NCBI GenBank assembly: GCA_964581515.1
Contig: CAZOOV010000005.1
Location: 75,025-139,024 of the forward strand
Direction: 5' to 3'
Length of the DNA: 64,000 nt
Origin: an uncultured Methanosarcinales archaeon
GTDB taxonomy: Archaea > Nanobdellota > Nanobdellia > Woesearchaeales > JACJVV01
This document shows positions 48,032 to 58,520 of the stretch, piece after piece. Below the pieces are notes generated by a model that saw only the letters and a program-made list of their open reading frames with translations, was not told the origin of the DNA and made no database searches. The position numbers and the translations under genes are program-made. Position 1 is the first letter of the stretch. The number at the start of each line of letters is the position of its first letter.

Positions 48032-49699
48032 GTGATGTTGATGGAAATATCAGATAAGAAAAAGAAAATAATAGGATTTTTTATGCAAAATGATGCTTTA
48101 ATCTCATTAGATTCTATAGAAAAATTTGAAGATGAGATCTTTTTAGATAAAATTATAAGTTTAATAGATCAAAAATCAGAAATTTCTGTTATTTTAGATT
48201 TTATGGGTAAATATGCATTAAGTGATACTTCTGTTAATCGATATCAACAAAATACTACTGAAAATACTACAAATCAAAATACCACTGATCAAAACTCTCA
48301 ATCAACAATGACTACCAGTCCAACAATATCAACCCAGTCAACTGATTCTTCTCAATCAACAACCTCTTCTGAACATACATCCTCTCTATCAACCCCTGCT
48401 ATAGAAATACAAACACCAACTCTTCCTACAAGTGAACAACCTAAATTAAATATAATTCATGATTTTAATTTACTTCCTAAAAAAAGAGAAGTAAGTCATT
48501 TTGTATCTTATTTTTCTTCAAGATATAAACAAATATTATCTATTTTGAAAAATAGAAAGGAACTTTCTTCAATTTTATCAATTGCAAGATTGAAAGCAAA
48601 GACAGATAGAGAAAAAGTTTCTGTTATATGTTTAGTAAGAAAGAAAGATATTACAAAAAATGATAATATTATTCTAACAGTAGAAGATTTAACTGGAGAA
48701 ATAAAAGTACTTGTTAATAAATCAAATAAAGAATTGACAGAAGTAGCAAAAGATCTTGTTAGAGATGAAGTAATTGGTGTTGTTGGAATGAATGGGGATA
48801 ATATTTTATTCTCAAATTCAATAATTCAACCAGAAATTCCTTTAGATAAAGAATTTAAGAAAGCAGAAAAAGAAGAGTGTGCAGTTTTTTTATCAGATAT
48901 ACATGTTGGTTCAAAATATTTTCTTGCTGATGAATTTAATAAGTTTATTTCTTGGATCAGGCAGGAAACAGGTACAGAAAATCAGAGAAAAATAGCTGAT
49001 AAGGTAAAATATGTTTTTATAGCTGGTGATCTTGTTGATGGTGTAGGAATATATCCTAATCAAGAATTAGAGTTAGATATTGATGACATTTATGGGCAAT
49101 ATAGTAAGGCTGCAGAACTCATAAAGAAAATTCCATCCCATATATCTGTAATTATTTGTCCTGGAAATCATGATGCATCTAGATTGTCAGAACCACAACC
49201 AAAATTATTTGGAGATTATATTAAACCTTTAAGCGATATACCAAATGTATCTCTTGTTTCAAACCCATCTTATATTAATATTTCTGCAACTGAAACTTTT
49301 TCAGGATTTGATATCTTATTGTATCATGGTTATAGTTTTGATTATTATGTTGCAAATGTAGATTCATTAAGATTGGAAGGAGGGTATGATAGGGCAGATT
49401 TAATCATGAAATTTCTTTTAAAGAGAAGACATTTAGCACCAGCATATACATCAACATTATTTATTCCTGAGGAGACAAAAGATAGTCTTGTTATAGAGAA
49501 AATACCTGATTTTTTCATTACTGGCCATATTCATAAAACTGCTGTAAGTAATTATAGGAATGTGACTTTGATAAGTGGAAGTTGTTGGCAATCCATTACC
49601 TCTTTTCAAGAAAAGGTAGGACATCATCCTGAACCAGCTAAAGTTCCGGTTGTTAATTTGAAAACAAGAAAAGTAACTATTTTAAATTTTTTAGATTAG
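48032..49699 (+). CDS. polB: DNA polymerase II (PolD) small subunit DP1
   Basis: 555 aa. C-terminal calcineurin-like phosphoesterase domain (AVFLSDIHVGS, FIAGDLVDG, GNHD, GHIH) and OB domain. N-terminal S/T/Q/N-rich low-complexity linker. Confidence 0.85.
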   Translation: MMLMEISDKKKKIIGFFMQNDALISLDSIEKFEDEIFLDKIISLIDQKSEISVILDFMGKYALSDTSVNRYQQNTTENTTNQNTTDQNSQSTMTTSPTISTQSTDSSQSTTSSEHTSSLSTPAIEIQTPTLPTSEQPKLNIIHDFNLLPKKREVSHFVSYFSSRYKQILSILKNRKELSSILSIARLKAKTDREKVSVICLVRKKDITKNDNIILTVEDLTGEIKVLVNKSNKELTEVAKDLVRDEVIGVVGMNGDNILFSNSIIQPEIPLDKEFKKAEKEECAVFLSDIHVGSKYFLADEFNKFISWIRQETGTENQRKIADKVKYVFIAGDLVDGVGIYPNQELELDIDDIYGQYSKAAELIKKIPSHISVIICPGNHDASRLSEPQPKLFGDYIKPLSDIPNVSLVSNPSYINISATETFSGFDILLYHGYSFDYYVANVDSLRLEGGYDRADLIMKFLLKRRHLAPAYTSTLFIPEETKDSLVIEKIPDFFITGHIHKTAVSNYRNVTLISGSCWQSITSFQEKVGHHPEPAKVPVVNLKTRKVTILNFLD

Positions 49700-49747
49700 A
49701 GAAATAAGATTAATTAAATTAAGAAACATAGAAGAAAATAAGAAAAA

Positions 49748-52700
49748 ATGACAGTAGAATCAAAAAATCTCCAGAAATATTTTGAATCTGTAGAGTCACA
49801 AACAAATAAAGCACTTAAAATTGCAACTAGTGCTAGGCAGAAAGGATTTGATCCTGAAGATAAGGTAGATATACCTATTGCTAAGAATATGGCTGAGCGT
49901 GTTTTAGGGTTAGTCTCAGCAGTGGCTCCAGCTTTATTAAATTCAAATATCGTTGAAAGAATTGAGGAACTTGAAAAAGAATTTTCTCCTTTAGATTGGA
50001 GAGTCGCTTTTAAGATTGCAGCAGAAGTGGCACTTGAGAAATTTTGCAAATTTGAGTCTAAAAAAGAAGCAGTTGAAATTGGAATCAGAACTGGATTTAT
50101 GTATCTTACAGGAGGTATAGTATCAGCGCCTTTAGAAGGGCTTGTAGAGATAAGAATCAAAAAAAGAAATGATGGGAAAGAATATGTTGCATTAGTTTAT
50201 GCTGGTCCAATAAGGGGGGCAGGAGGTACTGCTGCTGCAACCTCAGTTGTTTTGGGAGATTATGTTGCAACACAACTTGGTTTTGCAAAATATGATCCTA
50301 CAGAAGATGAAATAAATAGGACTGCTACTGAATTATATGATTATAATGAAAGAATTACAAATCTTCAATATCTTCCTTCAAAAGAAGAAATAAAATTTAT
50401 GATTAAAAATATGCCTATCGAAATTGATGGAGACCCTACTGAAAGAATTGAAGTTTCAAATTTTAAAGATCAACCCCGAATCGAGACTAATTTGATTAGA
50501 GGAGGGATTTGTCTTGTTATTGGAGAAGGTCTTTGTCAAAAAGCACCTAAAATATGGAAAAGACTTAGTGAATGGGGTAATGAATTTGGAATTGATTGGA
50601 ATTTTTTAGATGAATTTTTGAAATTACAAAAGAAAATAAAGGCAAAAGGAAAGAAAAAAGAAGGAACACAAGGGATCTCACCTATTTTTACATTTATTAG
50701 TGATATGGTAGCTGGAAGGCCTGTTTTAAGTTATCCTATGGCTTACGGAGGATTCAGGCTTCGTATGGGGAGGACAAGAACATCTGGGTTTTCTGCAATA
50801 GCATTAAACACTTTTACTTTAAAGGCCTTAAATAATTTTATAGTTTATGGAACTCAGTTAAAGCTTGAAAGACCAGGAAAAGCAGGTTCTGTTACAGTAT
50901 GTGAGGCAATAGAAGGACCAACAGTATTATTAAATGATGGTAAGGTTATTAAGATTACAAAAGAAAATCAAGATCTTTTAAAATTTACAAAAAAAATATT
51001 ATTTTTAGGTGATATTTTAATTAATTATGGGGATTTTTCAGAGAATGGCCACCCATTAGTTCCAGTAGGATATTGTGAAGAATGGTGGCTTTTAGAATTA
51101 GAAAAAAAGACAAAAGAAATGATTGGATCATTAGATATAGGTAAATTATCAACTATTGTTAATATAGAAGAAGAAAAACTAAATTGTCTTTTTTCAGATG
51201 TTTTTAATACTAAACTTAGTTTTGAAGATGCTTATAAGATATCTAAAAAATTAGATATCCCATTGTATCCTGAATATATTTATTATTATACTGCTTTATC
51301 TAAAGAAGATTTGGGCTATTTATTAGACAGAATAGAACAAATAAAGATAAATTATATTGATGAAACAAAGTCTAAAGTTAAGTCTCTTGTTTTTGCAAAA
51401 GATGAAAAATTAAAGTTATTATTAGAAAATATAGGTACACCTCATGATATAATCTCTAATGAATTTATTGTTTTAAATGATATTGTTGCTGAAGTTTTCA
51501 TGAGAACATTCGCTATTACAGATACTACAAATCAAGTTTTAGGTAAAGATATTGTTCAACAACATCCTGATAAAAATGTATTAGATATAATAAACATGTT
51601 ATCTGATGTTAAAATTAATGATAAGGCAGGTACATTTGTGGGTGCTAGGATGGGAAGACCTGAAAAGGCAAAAATGAGGAAATTACAAGGATCCCCTCAG
51701 GTTTTATTTCCTGTAGGGGAAGAAGGCGGCAGACTTAAGAGTTTTCAGGCATCTATAGAGAAAGGAGAAGTTACAAGTACTCTTCCAATATATTATTGTG
51801 AAAAATGTAAGAAAAAATCAGTCTATAAAATCTGTCATAAATGTTTTGAAAAAACAAAGAAAATTTTCTTTTGCCCAAATATAAATAAAGAATTAATAAC
51901 AGATAAGCCACCCTTAGATCAAGACGAGGGGGCAATTGGTTATAAAAATATGACGATAAATATTCATGAATATGTAGATTCTTGTTTAAAGATGCTTAAA
52001 ACAAAAGTTTATCCTGATTTAATAAAAGGAGTTAAATCAACATCAAACAAAGATCATATTCCTGAAAATTTGATTAAAGGTTTTTTGCGTGCGAAAAATG
52101 ACATTTATGTTAATAAAGATGGTACAACAAGATATGACATGTCAGAGTCCCCTATTACTGCATTTAAGCCAAAAGAAATTAATGCTACTATAGAACAATT
52201 GAATTCTCTTGGTTATACTAAAGATATAAATGGCGCTAAGCTTGAACATGATAATCAAGTTGTTGAAATATTTCCTCAAGATGTTGTACTTCCTTCTGGG
52301 GATAATGCTCTTGAAGAACAAGCGGATGATGTTATGTTCAGAATCGGTAATTTTGTAGATGAATTACTTGTTAGATTGTATGGACAGAAAAAATATTATA
52401 ATTTTAAATCAAAACAAGATTTAATAGGTTCACTTATAATTTGTCTTGCACCTCATATCTCCTGTGGTACCATTGGGAGAGTTATTGGTTTTTCTAAAAA
52501 TCAAGTTATGCTTGCTCATCCTATGATGCACGCTGCAGTGAGGCGGGATTGTGATGGGGATGAAGCTTGTTTTATTTTACTAATGGATGGTTTTTTGAAT
52601 TTTTCACGTCAATATTTACCTGATAGAAGAGGTTCTAGAACCATGGACGCTCCCCTTGTTTTATCAACAAAGATAATTCCTTCTGAAGTTGATGATCAAG

Positions 52701-53302
52701 TTCATGGACTTGATGTTGTTAAGAGGTATCCTTTGGAATTATATGAGGCGGGATTTGAGTTTAAGATGCCATGGGAGATTAAAGTTGAACAATTGAAAGA
52801 TAATCTTAATACAGAAAAACAATATGAAGGTTTTTTCTTTACCCATCCAGTCCATGATTTAAATAAAGGACCAAAAGTATCTGCCTATAAAGTCTTACCT
52901 TCAATGAAAGAGAAATTAGATGGTCAGATGGATTTAGCAACTAAAATAAAAGCTGTTGATGAGGCTAATGTGGCTACAATGGTAATTCAAAAACATTTTT
53001 TAAAAGACATAAAAGGAAATCTTCGGAAATTTTCTACACAACAATTTAGATGTGTACAATGCAATGAAAAATATCATAGGCCACCATTAATTGGTAAATG
53101 TCAAAAATGTGGAGGAAGGATGCTTTTTACAATTTCAGAGGGAAGTATAATAAAATATCTTGGACCTTCTTTAGATCTCGCAAACAAATATGCTGTTCCA
53201 GTTTATCTAAAACAAACACTAGAACTTACACAAGAAAGAGTTGATAGTGTATTTGGGAAAGAGAAAGAAATTCAAGAAGGGCTAAATAAGTTTTTTGCAT
53301 GA
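49748..53302 (+). CDS. polC: DNA polymerase II (PolD) large subunit DP2
   Basis: 1184 aa. Conserved DP2 Zn-binding Cys clusters (CEKCKKKS...CHKC; CVQCNEKYHRPPLIGKCQKCGG), and double-psi beta-barrel catalytic core around HAAVRRDCDGDE. No intein. Confidence 0.9.
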   Translation: MTVESKNLQKYFESVESQTNKALKIATSARQKGFDPEDKVDIPIAKNMAERVLGLVSAVAPALLNSNIVERIEELEKEFSPLDWRVAFKIAAEVALEKFCKFESKKEAVEIGIRTGFMYLTGGIVSAPLEGLVEIRIKKRNDGKEYVALVYAGPIRGAGGTAAATSVVLGDYVATQLGFAKYDPTEDEINRTATELYDYNERITNLQYLPSKEEIKFMIKNMPIEIDGDPTERIEVSNFKDQPRIETNLIRGGICLVIGEGLCQKAPKIWKRLSEWGNEFGIDWNFLDEFLKLQKKIKAKGKKKEGTQGISPIFTFISDMVAGRPVLSYPMAYGGFRLRMGRTRTSGFSAIALNTFTLKALNNFIVYGTQLKLERPGKAGSVTVCEAIEGPTVLLNDGKVIKITKENQDLLKFTKKILFLGDILINYGDFSENGHPLVPVGYCEEWWLLELEKKTKEMIGSLDIGKLSTIVNIEEEKLNCLFSDVFNTKLSFEDAYKISKKLDIPLYPEYIYYYTALSKEDLGYLLDRIEQIKINYIDETKSKVKSLVFAKDEKLKLLLENIGTPHDIISNEFIVLNDIVAEVFMRTFAITDTTNQVLGKDIVQQHPDKNVLDIINMLSDVKINDKAGTFVGARMGRPEKAKMRKLQGSPQVLFPVGEEGGRLKSFQASIEKGEVTSTLPIYYCEKCKKKSVYKICHKCFEKTKKIFFCPNINKELITDKPPLDQDEGAIGYKNMTINIHEYVDSCLKMLKTKVYPDLIKGVKSTSNKDHIPENLIKGFLRAKNDIYVNKDGTTRYDMSESPITAFKPKEINATIEQLNSLGYTKDINGAKLEHDNQVVEIFPQDVVLPSGDNALEEQADDVMFRIGNFVDELLVRLYGQKKYYNFKSKQDLIGSLIICLAPHISCGTIGRVIGFSKNQVMLAHPMMHAAVRRDCDGDEACFILLMDGFLNFSRQYLPDRRGSRTMDAPLVLSTKIIPSEVDDQVHGLDVVKRYPLELYEAGFEFKMPWEIKVEQLKDNLNTEKQYEGFFFTHPVHDLNKGPKVSAYKVLPSMKEKLDGQMDLATKIKAVDEANVATMVIQKHFLKDIKGNLRKFSTQQFRCVQCNEKYHRPPLIGKCQKCGGRMLFTISEGSIIKYLGPSLDLANKYAVPVYLKQTLELTQERVDSVFGKEKEIQEGLNKFFA

Positions 53303-53330
53303 TTTGAATAAGTTCCTTGTATAATCTTTG

Positions 53331-53600
53331 TTATATTATTTTAAAATCATTATATGGTGGATAATCAGTTGTCTCTATGTTTGATTTAATCACTGTAGCA
53401 AGAGCTGGCCCTGTATTTATTTCTTCAAATAGTTTTTGAACATCATTTTCCTTACCTTGACAATAAATTTCAACTATATCGCCGTTAGGGTGGTTTTCTA
53501 CTGTTCCTTTTAATTCTAAATTGAGGGCTTTTCTGAGGACAAAATACCTAAAACCTACTCCTTGAACCCTACCTTGAATAATAATATGATATGTCTTCAT
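53331..53600 (-). CDS. acyP: acylphosphatase
   Basis: 89 aa. VQGVGFRYF signature and second motif GTVENHPNGDVEI. Confidence 0.8.
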   Translation of the reverse strand: MKTYHIIIQGRVQGVGFRYFVLRKALNLELKGTVENHPNGDIVEIYCQGKENDVQKLFEEINTGPALATVIKSNIETTDYPPYNDFKII

Positions 53601-53814
53601 ATTTAGCTTTATCTACTCCTTATATAAAGAATTTACCTTCAATAAACAATATGCTTTATAAAGGGTAATAGGAGAATGGGTGGTGTTACTACTTTAAAAT
53701 ACTAAAAAACCGAAATGTTTAAATACTGCATCCCCATTTACACTATTTATTCAATTGGGGGTTTAGTTGGAAAATTAGATTCGATTATCAATATACTTTA
53801 GTGGTGGTGTTTAT

Positions 53815-54624
53815 ATGATCGTTCAAAAAGAATTTTTAAACAAATTGGGTGTGCTTGGTCTAAATTCATACGAAGCAAAACTTTGGGCTGCATTATTGTC
53901 CAGAGGAGTATCTACAGCGGGAGAGCTTAGTGATATTGCAAATGTTCCTAGATCAAGAAGTTATGATGTTCTTGAAAGTCTTGAGAAGAAAGGATTTGTA
54001 ATTATGAAGTTGGGTAAGCCAATTAAATATATCGCAGTTAATCCATCAGATGTTCTTGAGCGTGTTAAACATAATATTTTAGAAGAAGCTGAAACAAGTA
54101 CAAAAACACTTGATAAGCTTCGTGACAGTGAGATGTTAAAGGAGTTAAATCAACTTCATTCTAAAGGTATAGATACTGTAGATCCAGCTGAATTATCAGG
54201 AAGTTTCAAGGGAAGGAGCAATCTATATACTCATCTTGAATCTATGATGAAGATTGCGGAAAAATCTATTATGATTTCAACTACAGAAGAAGGGTTGAAG
54301 AGAAAGGCTGAATCTTTTAGAAGAGCTTTCTATCGTGCTAAAGAAAATGGAGTTGAAATTAAGATTATGGCTCCAATTACAAAAAATAATAAACATGTTG
54401 CACAAAAATTATCAGAATATGGAAAAGTAAAACATACAGATGTTCCTTTGGGCAGATTTGTGGTAATTGATGAATCACAGATTACTTTTATGCTTGTAGA
54501 TGATGCAGATGTTCATCCAAATTACGATTCAGGTGTTTGGGTAAATAGTCCATTTTTTGCACAAACTGTTGCTAATATGTATGAAACAGCTTGGAAAAAG
54601 CAAAAATCAGTTGATAAATTATAA
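53815..54624 (+). CDS. TrmB-family transcriptional regulator (paralog B)
   Basis: 269 aa. Collinear with the 43289-44110 product, with a near-identical N-terminal wHTH. Confidence 0.7.
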   Translation: MIVQKEFLNKLGVLGLNSYEAKLWAALLSRGVSTAGELSDIANVPRSRSYDVLESLEKKGFVIMKLGKPIKYIAVNPSDVLERVKHNILEEAETSTKTLDKLRDSEMLKELNQLHSKGIDTVDPAELSGSFKGRSNLYTHLESMMKIAEKSIMISTTEEGLKRKAESFRRAFYRAKENGVEIKIMAPITKNNKHVAQKLSEYGKVKHTDVPLGRFVVIDESQITFMLVDDADVHPNYDSGVWVNSPFFAQTVANMYETAWKKQKSVDKL

Positions 54625-54667
54625 TTATTTTTTTTAATATCATAAAAAATCATAATCACCTCTTTTT

Positions 54668-54702
54668 CCTGGGAAAAATCTCTTCGTGAGATTTTTTCCA
54701 GG
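54668..54702. terminator. 15-bp stem hairpin (cctgggaaaaatctc / gagattttttccagg, one mismatch) followed by T-run
   Basis: Read directly from sequence, 44 nt downstream of the TrmB paralog B stop; followed by tttcttttaaaattt. Confidence 0.35.
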
Positions 54703-54832
54703 TTTCTTTTAAAATTTAGATTATTATTGATTTTATTCTTAATATAATCATTTTTCAACATTAATCTTTTTTTAATATTTTAATAATGATTTTTAGAAAA
54801 AACATATAAATGCATTATTTAAGGGATTATAC

Positions 54833-55717
54833 ATGGTATTTGAATCATTTATTAATCCTAAATTTGCAGAACAAAAACCATGGATCACTTTTTTTTTAGG
54901 GTTTATATTCGCTTCAATAGCTATATTTTTAGGTAATTATATTTTTCCAGCAGAAAATGCATCACTTACTATTGTTTTCTTAACGACATTATTTTTTATT
55001 CCGTTATTTTATTTGACAATGATTTATGAAGAGAAGAAAGATTTAGATAATAATGTCGGAGAGAAAAAACTATTAAAAGAACATTCTCGTGCAATAATTT
55101 TCTTTTTGATGATATTTTTAGGTATGACTCTTGCTTTCATGTTTTGGTATATCATGTTTACACTTTTCCCGTTATTTTTTAGTATTAATCCCGAAATTAT
55201 ATTTAAAATACAAGGTGATACTATAAGTCAAATTAATGGTAATGTTATAGAATCAGTATCCGGTGCAATGAAAGATGCATTTTTTGTACTAGAAAATAAT
55301 ATACAAGTTATGATCTTTTGTGTATTATTCTCTTTTATCTTCGGAGCAGGAGCAATTTTTATTATCACTTGGAATGCTTCTGTTATTGGACTTGCTCTTG
55401 GTAGAGAATTTATGAAATTTGTTCATGCAGCAAGTGGTGGATTAATTGGTGTTGTATATGCAAAAGCCACTGGATGCGCTTTACTTCGTTATTTTATACA
55501 TGGCATACCTGAAATTATGGCTTATTTTGTGGGCGGACTTGCAGGAGGAATAATTTCAGCTGCTATAATTAAACATGATTTTGGTTCAGAAAAATTTGAA
55601 AAAGTTATACTTGATGCTGCTTTACTTCTTTTGATAGCTGTTGGTATACTTGTTGTAGCTGCATTTTTAGAGGCTTTTATTACTCCTCTTCTTATGTGTA
55701 GAATTATCCCTACTTGA
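54833..55717 (+). CDS. SpoIIM-like (stage II sporulation protein M family) integral membrane protein
   Basis: 294 aa. Polytopic; the C-terminal half has the conserved SpoIIM/DUF95 pattern (IFIITWNASVIGLALG...YFIHGIPEIMAYFVGGLAG). Confidence 0.55.
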   Translation: MVFESFINPKFAEQKPWITFFLGFIFASIAIFLGNYIFPAENASLTIVFLTTLFFIPLFYLTMIYEEKKDLDNNVGEKKLLKEHSRAIIFFLMIFLGMTLAFMFWYIMFTLFPLFFSINPEIIFKIQGDTISQINGNVIESVSGAMKDAFFVLENNIQVMIFCVLFSFIFGAGAIFIITWNASVIGLALGREFMKFVHAASGGLIGVVYAKATGCALLRYFIHGIPEIMAYFVGGLAGGIISAAIIKHDFGSEKFEKVILDAALLLLIAVGILVVAAFLEAFITPLLMCRIIPT

Positions 55718-55733
55718 AGTATTGTTAGTTATT

Positions 55734-56393
55734 TTATTCAAGAATTTTAACTTTTCCAGGAACTATTTCAAATATTTCTCCTTTTAATAGAAGCTGTTGT
55801 ACTATATTTTCTGCTTCGGGATAATTTGATGCGAGTTCTTGAACATCACATCCTTCTCCTTTATCTAATTCTTTTATTTTCATAAGAATAGTATCAATTT
55901 CATCTAGTTCTTCTACTGGTTTAGGAACTTCTTTTGGAACTTCCTCTACTGGTGTTTCAATTTTAATCTCTTCTTTTAAGTCTGGCATTTGGATATTTTT
56001 TAGTAAAATTTCTTTTTTACGATATTCAAGCCAGCCTTTATTGGTTATTTTTTTTACAATTTCTGCATTGAGATATATATCTTCATTATATGATCTAGGT
56101 CTTCCTATGACAAGAACAATATCTCCTATGGTCAAATCTTGGAATAGATTGCCTTCTTCAAATGATCTGATTTCAATTTTTCCACTTCCATCATCGATGA
56201 ATAATGATTGACCAGATTCAGGGATTGTAACTACTACTCCAATTATATTAACACGAGAGATTTTTTCATCTTTGCTCGTTAATACATAATTTGGATCCCA
56301 TCCTTCTTGTTTGATATATTTACCATTATTTAATTCTTTTAAAGAAGCAATTCTTGCCGTTTGTCTTTCAATACTTCGTTGTTCTTCAGCCAT
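55734..56393 (-). CDS. OB-fold nucleic-acid-binding protein with C-terminal winged helix (RPA32/Stn1-like)
   Basis: 219 aa. Central OB-fold pattern (ISRVNIIGVVVT...LFIDDGSGKIEIRSF...GDIVLVIGRP) and C-terminal wH (VQELASNYPEAENIVQQLLLKGEIFEIVPGKV). Immediately downstream of mcm on the same strand. Confidence 0.45.
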   Translation of the reverse strand: MAEEQRSIERQTARIASLKELNNGKYIKQEGWDPNYVLTSKDEKISRVNIIGVVVTIPESGQSLFIDDGSGKIEIRSFEEGNLFQDLTIGDIVLVIGRPRSYNEDIYLNAEIVKKITNKGWLEYRKKEILLKNIQMPDLKEEIKIETPVEEVPKEVPKPVEELDEIDTILMKIKELDKGEGCDVQELASNYPEAENIVQQLLLKGEIFEIVPGKVKILE

Positions 56394-56418
56394 TTTTCTT
56401 GTTAATCTCTATATTATT

Positions 56419-58425
56419 TTAAATCTTTTGAATAAATCCTCTTTTTGGTTCAAATATATCACCTGAACGCTTTAATTTGTCTATTACTTCATTAATTTCA
56501 TCATCCGCAAGTCCTTTTTCTTTTCCAATTTCTTCTACATCCTCTAAAGGGATTGTTTTTCCAATTTTATTTTCAAGATTATTAATTATTTCTTTGATTA
56601 CTATTATTTTATTTCTTTCTGAAGAAGGAGTGTCAGTAGCAATTCTATCAACATCAAAAGTACCCGTTTCTTCATCAAATGCAATTAACTTAAGACAATG
56701 ATGAACAAGATCTATTGCTTTTTTTGCATCAGTTCTTGTTATTTTATCAGCAAGTCTAAGTTTTGAATTAGCCTCTGCTAAACGGACTAATCCTTCTAAT
56801 TGTCTGGCAGTTATTGGTACTGATTTTGTATTACCAGAGTTTCTCATTTGAAGATAATATTTTTTTAATTCTTCTATTGCTGAATCTGTTAATTCAGGTC
56901 TAACATTTTGTCTTACATAAGCTACGTATTTTCTTAAAAATTCAGTTTCAATAGGAGGTTCAATCGAATCTTTATTTTGATGTATTCTTAGTATAAACGA
57001 AGCAAGTTGTGTGTCTTTTGCTTCATCAGGAAGGTCCCTTACAGGGAAAATAAGGTCAAATCTGTTGATAAGGGTGACTGGGAGTTGTATTTGCTCAGCT
57101 ATTGTGGAATAAGGGTCAAATCTTCCAAATTTAGGGTTTGCAGCGGCTAATACAGTTGCTTCTGCTCTTAATGTGGCTTGGATATTTGCTTTTGAGATAG
57201 TTATTGTTTGCTGTTCTAAAGCTTCATGCATGGCGCTAGTATCATCTTGTGTCATCTTATCAAGCTCATCAATACAACATACCCCTTTGTTTGCAAGGAC
57301 AAGAGCTCCTGCTTCTAAGGCCCAATCTGAAAGAAATTCATCTTTTACAACGGCTGCTGTAAGACCTGCTCCACTTGCTCCTTTTCCTGATACATATCTT
57401 CCTTTAGGCGCTACTTTATGGATTCTTCTGATAAGTTGAGATTTACCTGAACCTGGATCTCCAACAAGAAGGACATGTATATCCCCTCTTGTAACGACTC
57501 CATCATTTCTTTCTTTTCTTACCCCTCCCATTAATTGAAGTACAAGAGCTTCTTTAATGAGATTATGTCCGTAAATACTTGGTGCAACAGAATCTATTAA
57601 TTTTTGAAAAAGTTGAGGATCTTTTCCTAATTCTTTTATTTTTTCTTCATCTTCTTTTGATATTTTGATTTCATTATAATCCTCTTGGACCGCTTCAATA
57701 GAATTCGCTTCTATTAATAAATCAAAAACTGTGCTTTTTGAGCCTGTTCTCATTATAACTGGAATTTCTTTTACAATTCCTGTTATTTTGATTGCACTTC
57801 CAGGACTAGTAATTTTTTCATTTAGTGGAGAAACCAAATCATTTTTTAAAAATACATTCATCCTTTTAGGCTGATCTCCTCCATCTAAATCTTCTGAAGA
57901 TTCTTCTAATTTGAGATGTTGTGCATCAATTAGTTCTTTTGAGAGTAAAGTGAATTTTCCTTTTCTTCCACATCCGCATTTTGATGGTTCTTTGAATTGT
58001 TTATCTAGTTGAAGGACAGGAATAATATTTCCACAACTCGGGCATTCAAATCTTGCTGAAGTAACTTGTGGTCTGACATCAGATTTTTGTCTTACAACCC
58101 CTTCAAAAAAGAGAAATTTTCCTAGGTGAACACTTCTAATATTTCTGAGAAGTATTTTCTGACTCTTAGGAAGATTTTTAATTCTAACAGTAAAATTATT
58201 TGGTCTGTTTGGAAGATCAAATTGTTCAACAGCAATCTCAAAAGCCTTTAGAAGTTCTTCTGGTTGATCTAAAAAAAGGTCAGCAATTTCAGGGTTGAAT
58301 TGTGCTAATAAAGTAAAATCAACATTTAATGATTTTTTTCCAATTCTAATCTGTTCGAGAAGAGGACTATAATAATGTTTTTCTAAAAATTCTTGTAGAG
58401 TTTTAATTTGTGTCTGGACATCCAT
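56419..58425 (-). CDS. mcm: minichromosome maintenance helicase MCM
   Basis: 668 aa. Zn finger CPSCGN...CGCG, Walker A GDPGSGKSQ, Walker B CCIDELDKM, arginine finger SRFDL, C-terminal wH. Confidence 0.9.
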   Translation of the reverse strand: MDVQTQIKTLQEFLEKHYYSPLLEQIRIGKKSLNVDFTLLAQFNPEIADLFLDQPEELLKAFEIAVEQFDLPNRPNNFTVRIKNLPKSQKILLRNIRSVHLGKFLFFEGVVRQKSDVRPQVTSARFECPSCGNIIPVLQLDKQFKEPSKCGCGRKGKFTLLSKELIDAQHLKLEESSEDLDGGDQPKRMNVFLKNDLVSPLNEKITSPGSAIKITGIVKEIPVIMRTGSKSTVFDLLIEANSIEAVQEDYNEIKISKEDEEKIKELGKDPQLFQKLIDSVAPSIYGHNLIKEALVLQLMGGVRKERNDGVVTRGDIHVLLVGDPGSGKSQLIRRIHKVAPKGRYVSGKGASGAGLTAAVVKDEFLSDWALEAGALVLANKGVCCIDELDKMTQDDTSAMHEALEQQTITISKANIQATLRAEATVLAAANPKFGRFDPYSTIAEQIQLPVTLINRFDLIFPVRDLPDEAKDTQLASFILRIHQNKDSIEPPIETEFLRKYVAYVRQNVRPELTDSAIEELKKYYLQMRNSGNTKSVPITARQLEGLVRLAEANSKLRLADKITRTDAKKAIDLVHHCLKLIAFDEETGTFDVDRIATDTPSSERNKIIVIKEIINNLENKIGKTIPLEDVEEIGKEKGLADDEINEVIDKLKRSGDIFEPKRGFIQKI

Positions 58426-58520
58426 TTTTGGAACTTGTGTTATAATTCATCTTATAGCTATCGCTAGCTTAAAAAAGCTATATTAAGATATGTCCAGTGG
58501 TAATGCTATAGTACTATTAC

